Origin: Lepidodermella squamata
Taxonomy: Eukaryota; Animalia; Gastrotricha
NCBI GenBank assembly: GCA_047495785.1
Contig: JBLDXI010000014.1
Location: 434,001-498,000, forward strand
DNA: 64,000 nucleotides
Reading direction: 5' to 3'
This document shows, in pieces, positions 1 to 12,049 of the stretch. Position numbers and translations under genes: made by a program. The notes below the pieces were generated by a model. The model saw only the letters and a program-made list of their open reading frames with translations, was not told the DNA's origin and did no database searches. Positions within the stretch are counted from its first letter, which is position 1. Each line of letters starts with the position of its first letter.

Positions 1-1999
1 AGCTTCTATGCCTGTTGGCTCATGGTGATGCGAAACATTGACACCGTAAGCAATAACTCTGCTGCCTTGCAGAACCCCGGGCCTGCCTTGAATGACAGAA
101 CCGTTGCTCGGAAACAAAAGCTTTGATTTTCGCATTATGAATGGCGAATCCTTTACAGCATCAAATACATTTCAAACAAAATAATGACATAGTTAGGGAT
201 ATTCTTACCAGAATGGTAGTGATCCGCAATTTTCTATTGTTTTGACAAGGCATTCTATGATTTACATGCTTATGATCCGGGTCTTTGTCCGACGTAACAA
301 CGGCTTCCATTTGCACATGTCGCTTGCTTTCCCTTTTCGAAATTTGAGGAGTGGGATACATCGGCGAAAATGTAGGATTCAAGATCCAAACCAAGTGCAT
401 TTTACCGCCAGCAAACAGGTATTGCAACCGCTGGAAAGAGCGAGTAAGCTGAATCAAAGTAGAAGAATCTGTAACTTACCACGAAATAACCATCATTTGT
501 CATATTCAACAACTCTAAGGTCCATCCTTTTCGTTCCTCGGCGAAAACTTTGTTCAGGAATGCCGTTTCTGAAGGTAAGCATAGTGTCGAGTTGTCTTCA
601 TCATCATCGTTTGGCGAGCTCATCGCTTTGCTAAAAGCATCGGTGGCCGATTTCATAGCCAAGTTCGATATTTCCTCGTCGTTATGGCCGTCGAGGGTGC
701 TTTCGTAAGCCATTTCAGCACTATCGACATCTTGCCCATCTGGTGTTGCCCTCACAACGATCCGCCGCAGTCTCAGCGCACTGACCGAGGTATGGTCGCC
801 GACGGAACAAGGTATGTTGAGAGGGTCAAGGTGGAAATTGAGGTTAGTTGCAATGTACATGTAACCTCGACCGGCCAGTCCGAGATCCAGTGCAGTGTGA
901 ATAAATTTGCGCTCGAAATCAGCCCGAGGGCTAGCGATGACAAACTTGCGGTGCCGATTTGACACCTCCTGAACCGCGTTCTCCCAGTTCTTTCTACTCG
1001 CAGGCCCTTCATCAATTTTGTGCCCCTTCAGGCGGAACAATCGAACGCTTTGATCACGTTGCGTGGCTGCGTTTAACAATTCTTCGATCGTGCTGCTCAG
1101 AGCTGATTTTTCTTCGATTTCTTGCGTGTCGATTTGAACAAGGGCGAAGCGCGATGTTTTTAAAATTGAGAAAATGATTTCTAGCATAGCGTTATCCAGA
1201 TCTGATTGTTTAGGCATAGCTGAAAGAAATGAAGCTGTTGAAAAATCGTCGCAATCCGGGTGGATGTCGTGTAGTAAATCTGGCGAGTACGTGGGTCCTC
1301 TCGGGTCAGATACTACGACTGGAATTTGAAGGGATTTCGCCACTTCAAAAACAATGTTGGACCAAGCTTTTTCAGGTGATGGCATCGTCTCGAGAATGAC
1401 ACCGATTACAGGGTTTTCAGAGCTTTCCAAAATGTCAACCACTGTCAAACAACAAACATTGAAATTTATCCAAGGTTTTCCAAGCGATTTGTTCTAACGG
1501 GGAATTAAGCTTACCTTCGTCAAACATGTTCATTCCGTTCATAGAGATGATCATGTTCACATCAAAGTAGCGAAATCGCAGCGGGAACATTTCCGGTAGT
1601 TCGGCAAGGTTTATTTTCGGCTTGAAATTAGTCGAACGTTTTATGATTCGCTCTACAGTAGTTACGCGGGCCCAGTATCCAGGGTCAGTTTTCTTCTGTT
1701 CACGCCAATACTTCTCAGGGTCCGTCGTAAAGACCACAACGATGGCAACTTAGCAAAACGGAAGTGAAAAATTGAAGAAAATTCGCGTGGGAAAACCTAC
1801 GAGGCGCATGTCGAGGCCAGGAATACTCAAAATCTGACGAGCCTTCATAGAAATAGTTCCGCGGCTTCTTGGTAGTCGGTGCTAACTTTGAATCGTCGAA
1901 AATAATTATTCCAGATTTTTTCGTAGGAACAAAAAATTCGCTGTTGAATTCAGGAAAATGCGCGAATATAACGAGAATTTTCAACAGCGGTACAAGCAT
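1..1999 (-). CDS. Ionotropic glutamate receptor subunit, 5' part (signal peptide, amino-terminal domain, start of S1); runs off the window start
   Basis: ORFs 1715-1999, 1435-1737, 402-1448 and 161-457 join through short GT-AG introns (about 1750-1800, 1443-1514). Hydrophobic N-terminus MLVPLLKILVIFAHF. The spliced 'KLRITTIL|DSPFIMRK' resembles the iGluR S1 start (LxVTTILEEPFVM). Confidence 0.75.
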
Positions 2000-4464
2000 T
2001 TTTCATCTTCTGAATAACCGGTGCATCATCCAGCTAAGGTGAGGCTATATTACCGAGGGCTTTTCGATCATTTCCGATTCATTATATACCTACAGCATTG
2101 TTGTTATTTATTTTTGTCTGTTATTTTTCGATTATTTCGTTGATTGCCCCAATTGTGATGGGACTTGGAATGCTACGAGGAGCGGCCAAAGTGTTTACAA
2201 GCGAGCCGCCGAGAAATCAGACGCCGATCATCATCGTAAAATAAATAAAACAACTTGATATTTATTTACGCTCTCGATTACAGCCATGAAATAGGGTGTC
2301 ATTAGCAGCGTTATTTAGTTTATTACCTCCGTCTTTTAAATGGCTTTTTTCGAAGTAGACGACGCACTAAATGTAACAAATACCCATCGCCAAGACCCGG
2401 TTTAGAGTAAATAACAAATAGAGGTGAAAATGCTAATCAGCTGGAGTTTACTTTGTTATTTAGAGACAATTTCACTTTTGCGTTTGCGGGTGAAAAAATA
2501 CGAGCAAAAAATTGCGATGTTGTAATGAGCCGCGGAACTCGGTTACCTGATAATAATATGCAGTGCCACCAAAGCTTTCAAAAACATATGCTGACCCGCT
2601 GTTGTTTACCGACGCGCGCGCGACTCGAACGAAAAATAATATACCTACTTGACGGATAAAGCGCAAATTGATGATTATGAGATGGCGAAAAATTCGCTTG
2701 AAGGAAAATGAGTCTCCGGAGAAAAATAACACGCGCGAAAAAAACAATATGCAAAACGTGTTATATATAATAGCGGGCTGTTATCAGCGCGCTGCATCAA
2801 TACTGGGTGCCTCGTGGGTACACAGGTGCGCATCTGGCAATTAGTCGCCACAAGTGACCAGTGATGATAAGTTATTCATTGCTTTAACACCTATAACTCT
2901 TAGAGGTAAAGCAGTAGAGCAGGTGAAGAAATCGTCGCTTGTCTAGCTTATTTTCTTAGTTAGTTTGTGGCAATAAATAACAAATGCACCAGCTCTTGCC
3001 GGCTGTATAGGTATGACACGTTCTTGGTCATCTCGTCTTCGGGTGGGAGCAAATTGTATGAAGAGCACTCTTAGTCATTAGCGGCTCGATAATCAGCTTT
3101 TCTACGTCTAGTAGGATTTTTTGTAAAAAGTCATGCCGGTAATTTTTTTTTGCCACCCTGTTTTTCACTCGTGTTCTTAATTAATAACCTTATCGAATTA
3201 TTATTGTAGGCGAGCGTCATAGTTGAGAAGCCCCATTAGCCTCGGCGACGCCAGTTGCACCTGGGGGGCCGCGGCAAGTCACCCGGCGTTGATGACTGAT
3301 GCGCGCTTTTCCGATAAAAATGCGTGTTTATATTGTAAAGTGACCATAGTCAAGTATAAGATAGATTAACACTGTAATACTCGGCGTTACATAAGCGCTT
3401 GCGGTCTGCAAGGCCATCACTATTATTTTCATACGTGAGTGAGCGATGAGCGCGAGTTGCTGGCCTCTGCGTGCGGTCACGTCAACTTAAAAAAAGGCAT
3501 TGAGCCTACACACTTGTTGAACACTCCGACGACGACACCGACGACACACGATGATGATGACCACCACGATTGCTGCCGTAGTATAGGTAGCTGCGAAGCC
3601 TGTGCACGCGCGGCCATTAAACCTAGCGGCCGGCGAGCGCGAGATAACTGCCACGACGGCTAACAGCCACCGCTGCGCTTGACCATGCGGCACCGGCGCC
3701 ACAAACGGCCTTGACCGATCTAGCTCGCCGGCCGTTATATGCCAGGCATCAGGCAGGCGTTGACAGTGGCAATAACGGCAGAAAAGCAAACTCGGCAGCG
3801 AAGAAAACCAACATAGCGTCGGCGCGCTCATCATCGTATTTCTTCTCGTCTTTTCGCGGCACTTATCGCCAGCATCATCATCTGTTAAAGTTTTTTTTTC
3901 ACTTGCCGGCGCTCCAAGCCGTAGTAGTAGAGTTCTTTTAGACACAAGCGCGTCTAGCTTTTTTACGAGCTGCGTCCACCTTAATAACTATTATTTTATG
4001 CCATAACAACAATAGCACAATAGACTGTATGTGTAATGAGCGAATGGTGATGAACATAATAATTGGCGATTCAACTAGCCTACTGTATCAATGTTATTAT
4101 TAGCAAAAAAATATAATTATTACTGCTGTTAATATAGTCTCAGCGGCTTCAACGCCGGCCTACATAGTCACATGCTTGAACAGCATAGCCACTGCTGTTC
4201 AGGTTGATGAGCATTTTCCGGCGGTTTTTGTGATTCTTCGCGCGCTAACCGGGACCCGCGTTGGCTTTTTAAATAACTTTAACAATAAACCTCGCTTTTT
4301 GTGTGGCTTTTTTGTAGCTTTGTTTACACTTACTATCAAAGCTTATTGACGCAATGTATTATCGCTAAATTTCTCCATCCGCCGTTAATTAATATAGGGT
4401 ATTTTAGAAACTAGCCCCGAATTTCGCCTGTCAGCCCACCCTAGTTACATATCAAACCAGTCAA

Positions 4465-7400
4465 ATGGCGATCGCCGTCATAACGCCAGCAGCTTTCTTA
4501 CTGCTGTCATCGGCTGTCGCTTTTGTCGCCGATGCGCAGTCGGCCAACTTCGGAGGTGAGAAAGCACGCGCACTATCAGCACCGCATCATCTATAACTTC
4601 CTCTCCCTGATTTCATTTTTTTAGTCACCTGTATCCAGCGCTGCGAACATGGCCGATGCATAGGTCGCAACACCTGCCTGTGCGACGACGGCTGGGGCGG
4701 AGCCAGCTGTAACATCGGTGAGACGAAAAAAGAAAGGAAAATAGCGTGAATAAAGCTTAACCGACGATTTATCCTTATAGCTCTTTGCAACCCCGACTGC
4801 GGACCCTACGGAATGTGCACATCGCCAAATGTTTGCCGATGCGCCCCTGGCTGGACTGGAAAGTTCTGCAAATACCGTTAGTTGAAATAAAGGCAAATTA
4901 AATTTGAATTAAATTTGATCTTTCAATAGCTATCTGCCAGCCGTCTTGCCAGCTTCACGGCACCTGCGTTGGTCCTAACCAATGCAACTGCTTCCAGGGC
5001 TGGTTCGGCGAGAACTGCCAGCAGGCTAACTGCACGCCCGGCTGCCAGAACGGCGGCGCCTGCGTTCTGCCCGACATTTGCTCATGCCCCGAGCAGTGGA
5101 GCGGCAGTCGTTGCGAGAAGCGTAAGTTCGATTATTTTTCCCTCAAATCAGATTTCCTAAATTCGATTGTTATCGATAGCCGAATGCATCAACGGATGCA
5201 TCAACGGCGCCTGCTCGTTCGACCCCGTCACCCAACAGGTTGGTTGCGTCTGCAGCCCCGGCTGGGAAGGTCCGGCCTGCGACCAGCGTAAGTCCACCGA
5301 AACTAGTTCAAAACGGTATTTTTTTACCCTAATTTCCGTCGCCCTTGTTTATAGCCGTTTGCAACAATGTTATTTGCCAACACGGCAAGTGCATCGCCAA
5401 CGACACATGCTTCTGCGAGGACGGATGGATGGACAGGTCTTGCGACAAGGCTATCTGCTCAACCAACTGCAACGGCCCGAACAACGGCTTCTGCCGCGAA
5501 CCCGAACAGTGCGTCTGCACACCATCCTTCTCCGGCCGCGACTGCGCTATTCGTTAGTTTATTATCGAAAATTTTCCTAACTTGATCAATTTATCTAGAT
5601 AATTATTAAACATTGCGGAACTTATCATAAATTCGGATAAAAAAATAATTTTATTTTGTAATATAGGCACAAGCCTGTCGTGCCCGGCTGGCGCACCCCT
5701 TACCGGTGATGTCCTCCTCGCCATCGATGAATCCGGCTCGATCGGATTCGACAACTTCGCCCTGTCGAAGGAGTTTGCCGGTCAGATCGTCCGCGTTCTT
5801 TCGAACTTCTCCAACGTCTTCGTTGGCCTGCTCAAGTTCGGCAACGGCCCAGCTGCTCAGATCCCGCTAACTCAGGCTTCGCGCATCTCATTCGCCGACA
5901 TTGCCAAGATCCAGTACGCTGAGGGCGCCTCGAATGGCGCCGAGCTGCTCAAGTACCTCGCCAACTCTTCGGCGTGGCTCACCACCGACCCGGCCCGCCT
6001 CCGCGTCACCCGCACCGTCCTCATCGTCACTGACGGTATGTGGGTTGGCCAGAACCAGGCTGTCACCGCCGCTGCTGCCCTCCGCGATGCCGGTATCAAC
6101 ATTTACGTCATCGCCGTCGGCCAGGTCCCAACTCGCGGATTCCTCAAGGTAAAAAAATAATGAAAAAACGATGAAATTGAAACAAAATGTTTTCTTTTCT
6201 CTGTAGAACATTGCTACTGATAGCGTTAATTATTACAGCGAAGTTGACAGCTTCATGGCTCTTACCCAGATCAAGCACAACTTCTTGACCAAGCTCTGCT
6301 CCGATATGTCCTGCTCGCAGCCTTGCCAGAATGGTGGCCAGTGCGTCGGCGGCCAGTGCCAGTGCAAGTCGCTCTTCACCGGCCTCGACTGCTCGCAGAC
6401 AAGTGAGTGCATTTTTTGAAGCAATCACTCTAATACATTTGCTTTTTTCTATCTTTTTTAGTCTGTGGTGCTCCTCGTGCTGTCGTTAATGCTTCATTCA
6501 CCCAGACTGACCCGCTTAGCGCCAAGTACACTTGCCGCCGTGGCTTCTCTATGATTGGCCCCGAGACCGCTACCTGCACACCAACTGGCTGGTCTACCCT
6601 CCCCGTCTGCAAGAGTGAGTGATAATAATTTCTAGACCAGGCGTGTTGAGTGCAATCGATTTTCATTTTTGGTAGAGGTCTGCGACGACCCACCACCGGT
6701 TGAGAACGCCCGCTGGACCAAGCACATGCTTAACGATGACGCCAACACCGTTTTCGCGCTCTACGTCTGCTCTCAGGACCACGTTGTCGAAGGCACTGAC
6801 TCCCAGTCCGTTAAAGTTCTGTGCCGCGATGGCTTCTGGGAACAGCGCCCGACTTGCAACCGTGCTCGTAAGTCTCATTATTTTTTCGTAGTTTAATTGT
6901 TTTACTAATTGATTGAAAAATTGAACAGCCATGCCCGCTCTTCAGCGTTGCGGTAACGGAGTCCTCGACCAGGGTGAGGGCTGCGACGACGGCAACCGCG
7001 AGAACGGCGACGGCTGCTCATCCGCCTGCCAACCCGAGGCGATGGCTGCTGGTGGCGCCGCGGCTGCGGGCGCCAACGTCCGCCCGCTCAATGCCCGCCC
7101 CGCCAACGGCAACGCGCCGTTCATGCCCACCGCCATCTGCGGCAACGGCATCGTCGAGAACGGCGAGCAGTGCGACGACGGCAACAACGTCAACGGCGAC
7201 GGCTGCGACCCAGGCTGCAGCGTCGAAGCGACCCGCCGCCCGGCCTCGCTCTGCGGCAACGGCATCGTCGAAGCCAACGAGGAGTGCGACAGCGGCAACC
7301 CCCGCGGCGGCAACGGCTGCAACCCCGATTGCACCAAGGTGCAAGTCGGCTCGCAGGTTCGCCCCAACAACGCCCCCGCTGGTCTGTTCAACATCTCCGG

Positions 7401-8065
7401 CGTGACGTCGTCCTCGTCGTGCCTGCCCATCCTCAACGTGCCGTACGGCCAGGCGTCCGTCCAGAGCCTGACGCCGACCTCGGCCGTCGTCGAGGTGCGC
7501 TGCAACGAGGGCTACGCTTTCCGCGGCCTGCCCGACGCTTCCTCGGTCACCATCACTTGCGCCAACTCGGTCTGGGACTCGTCGCCCGTCTGCGACCCGG
7601 CCGCCGCCACCGTCTCGTCCGACTGCCTCAGGTGCATGTGCAAGGCCGAGGGCTGCTCGAGCGGCTGCCGCTCGGAGGGCAACCGCTGGTTCTGTGGCCC
7701 ATTCTCCATCTCATTCCAATACTTCCAGCTCTGCTCGCCAAGCGGCGGTGGTGAGTGTTGACATTCGAATTTTTCTTCGATTAGTAACCAAATTCTGTTG
7801 TTTAGACTGGCTATCTTGCGCTCTTGATAGACAATGCGCTGAACGTTGCGTCAAGAACTTCGTCAACACATACACCCCTCACTGCACTCGTGGCCGAACA
7901 CCGACCTGCGAGGTAAGGCGTAGATACCTTGATTATTGTTATTAATAGCCGTTTTATTTGTTTTTGCAGGATTACGTTAGAGTGCACAAGTCCCAAAACA
8001 TCGACGGTTGCCTACTTAAATCGGCTTTCTTGGATGCGTTCGTCCAACGAGTTCAAACCTGTTAG
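4465..8065 (+). CDS. Secreted mosaic protein: signal peptide, tandem EGF repeats, vWA, EGF, 2 CCP/sushi, 3 Myxococcus-type Cys-rich repeats, CCP, C-terminal i-type lysozyme (destabilase)-like domain
   Basis: ATG 4465 MAIAVITPAAFLLLSSAVAF. Multi-exon EGF motifs (CxCxxGWxGxxC). vWA MIDAS 'DESGS' and 'LIVTDG'. 'CGNGxxExxExCDDGN..GDGC' three times. 'CLRCMCKAEGC...CGPFSIS...CAERCV...TCEDYVRVH'. TAG at 8063-8065. Confidence 0.85.
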
Positions 8066-9252
8066 ACCGAAAAAATTTCACAAAAAAACACACAGTCGTG
8101 ATAGTTGATAAAGGACCAGAAAAAAATGAAAAGAAGAACGTTATTCATGTGCAAAATATCTTTATGATTTCGCGTCATCTTTGTCGTCGTTCTCGTTGTC
8201 GTTTGTTTGTTGTATAATCAGCGGCCTATGACATGCGCGTCTTCGCATGCGTTTGCCGAATGGACCAACGCGCTCGGCGGCGCTGGTGATCACTTACCAT
8301 TTATCATCATCATCAACATCATCATCATCATCATTCTATCCTCCGTTTTCTATCACCTGCTGATGACTGACTGGCTAGCTATTGAATGACTGGTAGATAT
8401 GTCCCATGTAATATGAAGTTTGTAAATATTAGGCAATGATGGTTTTCTAGAGAAAGAGACGCCCGTCCTCCTTCGCCCGCTGGATTGCTGCTTTTTGCTT
8501 GTTTTCATGTACTCCAATTGATATTGTTATAAGAAAGAAGATATGTTTTAATTTTAAAAATGAAGTTGACGATTAAAATGAACGCGGCTTTGCTTTGAAC
8601 TACTACTCACTGCCAACATCGATCATTTCGATTTTAATAACGATAACGTTGTCGATGCGAATTTACTGAAAATAATATAACCTCCGGTGAGAGCCCATAA
8701 TTCATTTTGATCTATGACTTGAGCCCCAAACAAGTTCAATCCTTGAAAAAGCTGCTTTCTGAAGGAGGAAATTTCTGCACTCCACACTAATTCAGTTTTA
8801 GGATGATAAAGAAAGTAGAACACCACCTGGCAACCATAAGCGCCGAATAATAGCTGCACAAAACGCACAGCTTCAATTTATACCTTATAATACCTATCTA
8901 TTAATGTTTTATCGAATGAATATTTTGTTATGAATGATTAATCAATATTTACCGTCTCGCCTCAATTATTGAAACGGGCATCTCTTCGTTTAAATTATTA
9001 AAATTATTAAAATTACCGATAAAACAAGAAGCAAACTGCATGAAATATGTACCAAAAATATTACAATAATTTGTGCAGTTTGTGTTCCGCAAAAGAGAAG
9101 GATTTATGAGCAAAATAAAAAATCGACGGTCAAGCGATTTAAAATATAACTATACTATTCACTATTCTGGCTCGAGGTTCAATTGCAGCCTTTTTTCAAA
9201 GGCATCTTTGCGTGACTAGGCTCCCCTGGCGTGCCGACGGCGCGGCCTCGCC

Positions 9253-9853
9253 ATGGCAATCTCGTGGTATTTACTCGCATCCGGGGTTGCTGGCAAGCAT
9301 TTCTTGATCACGTTCAATGATTGCGATAAAAGAGCTTCGAACTTGAATTTTAGTCCACATGTCCGAAGTTACTACCACAGTTGCAGTCGACCTTTTTACC
9401 ACCTTGGTGGCGTCATCAACGCACAGCGATGCTACAACATCAACGACCACCCGGCCACCAACTCGGGCTGTTTTGACGCGAAGCACGACAACAATGATGA
9501 CATCAGCGGGCTCGACGGTCGCGGCAACAACGACGGATGGGACGACTCCCCTGGACGACTGGATGTCGAAAGTCCTTCTTCCTGCAATCGATGATTCATC
9601 AGGCTCTATTAGCAAAGTGACTAATATGGTTATGGCTCTTGCTGCCGGAATTCTTCTCATGATTATTATTACATTCGCAGCCTCTGTGACAAGCGCCGTT
9701 CTTCTATTTATCATCAATCGCAAGGTCAATCGGATGACATCTGGTCCAGCAGCTGTCAGCCATTCGGGCGGTAATTCGACCGCTAAAGTGAGCAATGGAC
9801 ACAACAGAGTCGGCCCACAGGCTGAAACTTCGATGAACGATAGAAACGACTAA
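9253..9853 (+). CDS. Small Thr/Ser-rich (mucin-like) single-pass membrane protein
   Basis: Exon 1 (9253-9292) joins ORF 9359-9853 in frame through a GC-AG intron (9293-9353). Thr-rich ectodomain, a long hydrophobic segment followed by NRK, and a short tail. Confidence 0.6.
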
Positions 9854-10418
9854 TCAACATTTTGATATATATGAATCATCACTTATCTGTACTGTTTCGC
9901 TAGGTTTCTCATTAAGTCAGCCGAAAAATTCTAACAAGTAGATGGGGCTGTTCAACCTTGCTGCATCTCTTCCAAGCTTCAATTACGAATTGATTACGAT
10001 TTGCGAGTCAACAGCAAAATTCTTAATATATTGCGTCGCTTTTCATAGTCTGCGTTTATGTATTGCAACCTACGCAGTCTCGAAGCGTATGAAAGACCTA
10101 GTTTTTTTTATCCCGCGGTTCAAAAATAGACCTTTTATAAGATTAGGCCGCAGTCACGGAAAAATATAGCTATATGGATTCCCGTTTCGAAAAATTTCAT
10201 CGTATGCTTCCATAGATTTCCCATGGTTCCAGAAGGTTTATCCATTTATACCTTTAAAATAGGAGTATTTTGCTGGCTGGCATGAGAAGCATAGCGAAAC
10301 ATGACTGTTTTTTCATCGACACATTTTATTAAAAAGCACCGGACGTGATATTTTGAGAAAAAAAATGATGGCATTCAAATAAACTGATCCAATTTAAGCA
10401 ATCGAGCCACAATGTCTA

Positions 10419-11022
10419 TTAAGGCTGCTCGACCGCTAAACTGCTGACATTAGTTTGATCGATAGACTGAATGTTTCCAGGTGACGATATGTCCATTCGC
10501 TGATTTGCACCACTCGCATTGTTCTGCTGCAAGTTTAAGGAAGTGCTATCTTCAGAGTGAACGGGTAAACGTCGAACAAGATCGGCAATGAGCTGCAGCC
10601 GCTCCTCCGCGATTTCCGCATCTCTGATCGCGCCGTAAGCTGATGACTCGAAGACATGGCCGCCTTGGAAACGCTGCAAATAAGCAATTTGCTCGAGAAG
10701 AGCCTGCTCGGCTTTTGTCACATTTCCCGCGAATTCGCCAATCAGTTGCTCAACGTTCCGTAACACAGCTTTTTCCTTCGCCAATTCCTGAACAATGCCA
10801 GCTTAAAAATTATACGATTAACTCTCAAGCCTCTTATTCAAATGAAAATTGCACACCTGCGTTTGAGACAGCCTCAGTTATCAGCCGCTCAGCTTCATTA
10901 AGGCGGCTGCTTGAGTCATTACTGCGATGAGCAACAGGTGTTATTGGGGGCTGCTGGGCGGTCGGGGTGGCTGGAGGAGGCCCACCACCGCCTGTCGAAA
11001 TCGATAGCGTGAAAGTTGACAT
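10419..11022 (-). CDS. MED11: Mediator complex subunit 11
   Basis: Two exons (intron 10802-10856). 'RLNEAERLI..NA..ELAKEK..QIAYL..GHVFESSAYG' parallels MED11 'ELSKEK..QIRYL..GQPHEGSSY'. Confidence 0.85.
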
Positions 11023-12049
11023 TGTCTGAATTAACCCACTAGTAGAAATTAAAAAAAAACAACGTAGCCGTGTTGTCCGTACACAAACTTGTTTTATTGT
11101 TGTAATTATTAATTCTGAACAAAAGCAAAGCCGGCAGAACGTACAATGGTATATAATGAAGACGACCAGATAGTCAAGAGTGAAGATGGCGCGTCATCGC
11201 CAACTTCGATTAGGAAAAAATTAAGGAAAAAACTTATCGAATATTTCTCATGTTGTATTGAATGATATCATCGCTGTATGAGAGGTCACGCACGCAAAAC
11301 ACACTGGGACATTATTATTTTTCAAGGCAATCTTTACACACTAGCAGTGTCATCCCTTGTCACTTCTAAAAAAACGCTATCATAAATGAGCAAATTTTTC
11401 CTCGTCGCGATACACTAAAACACTTTTATTACAAATGATAATAGTAATATAGTATATTTATATATAGTTAATAATTTTAATGTGCACACTTCGTCATCTC
11501 AGAATATCGGGGTTTCATACCGGTCAGGGTTAACTGTTTGATTTTTTTTAACGATAGCTTAGCATCGCGTAGCATGTAGTAAGAATAATAATTTTTACAC
11601 GTTTCAATCACATTAGGCGACTTGTTGCACGGAGAATAGGAGTAAGTATCCGACTATAATGATTAGACACGCGGCACACGGTTGTATTTAAATCTGTATG
11701 TACATATTGAACGACTCGAACGGACTCTCAAGGCATAACTTCATAAGTTGGTGTTATCACGAATCGTGCATCAGTGAGCGATTCAACATCCCAGCTATTT
11801 TCGGTTCACTCATGTAAACGTAAACAAATTAGTAATAATAAATAGTATTTCGCAGCGGCTGAATACTGGAGGAGAATAAGATACGCAGCAAAGTCCCACA
11901 TGCTTGTTATTCGAAATGAAAGAGCGGTCGCCTTTGAAACAAGCATGAGCCATGTAATCGACAAGTCGTTGTTAGGTTGTTAGCGGTGAAGTGTGTATGA
12001 GGTTGAGTGGTTGATTTTTTTTTATCGAATGAAAAACGCCAAGATTCAT

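Noticed and set aside
3439-3945. Overlapping 74-152 aa ORFs in the iGluR/EGF-gene spacer
   Set aside because: No recognisable motif, low-complexity drift and no coherent exon chain.
6942-7754. Several long alternative-frame ORFs
   Set aside because: Expected from the high GC of the true coding exon.
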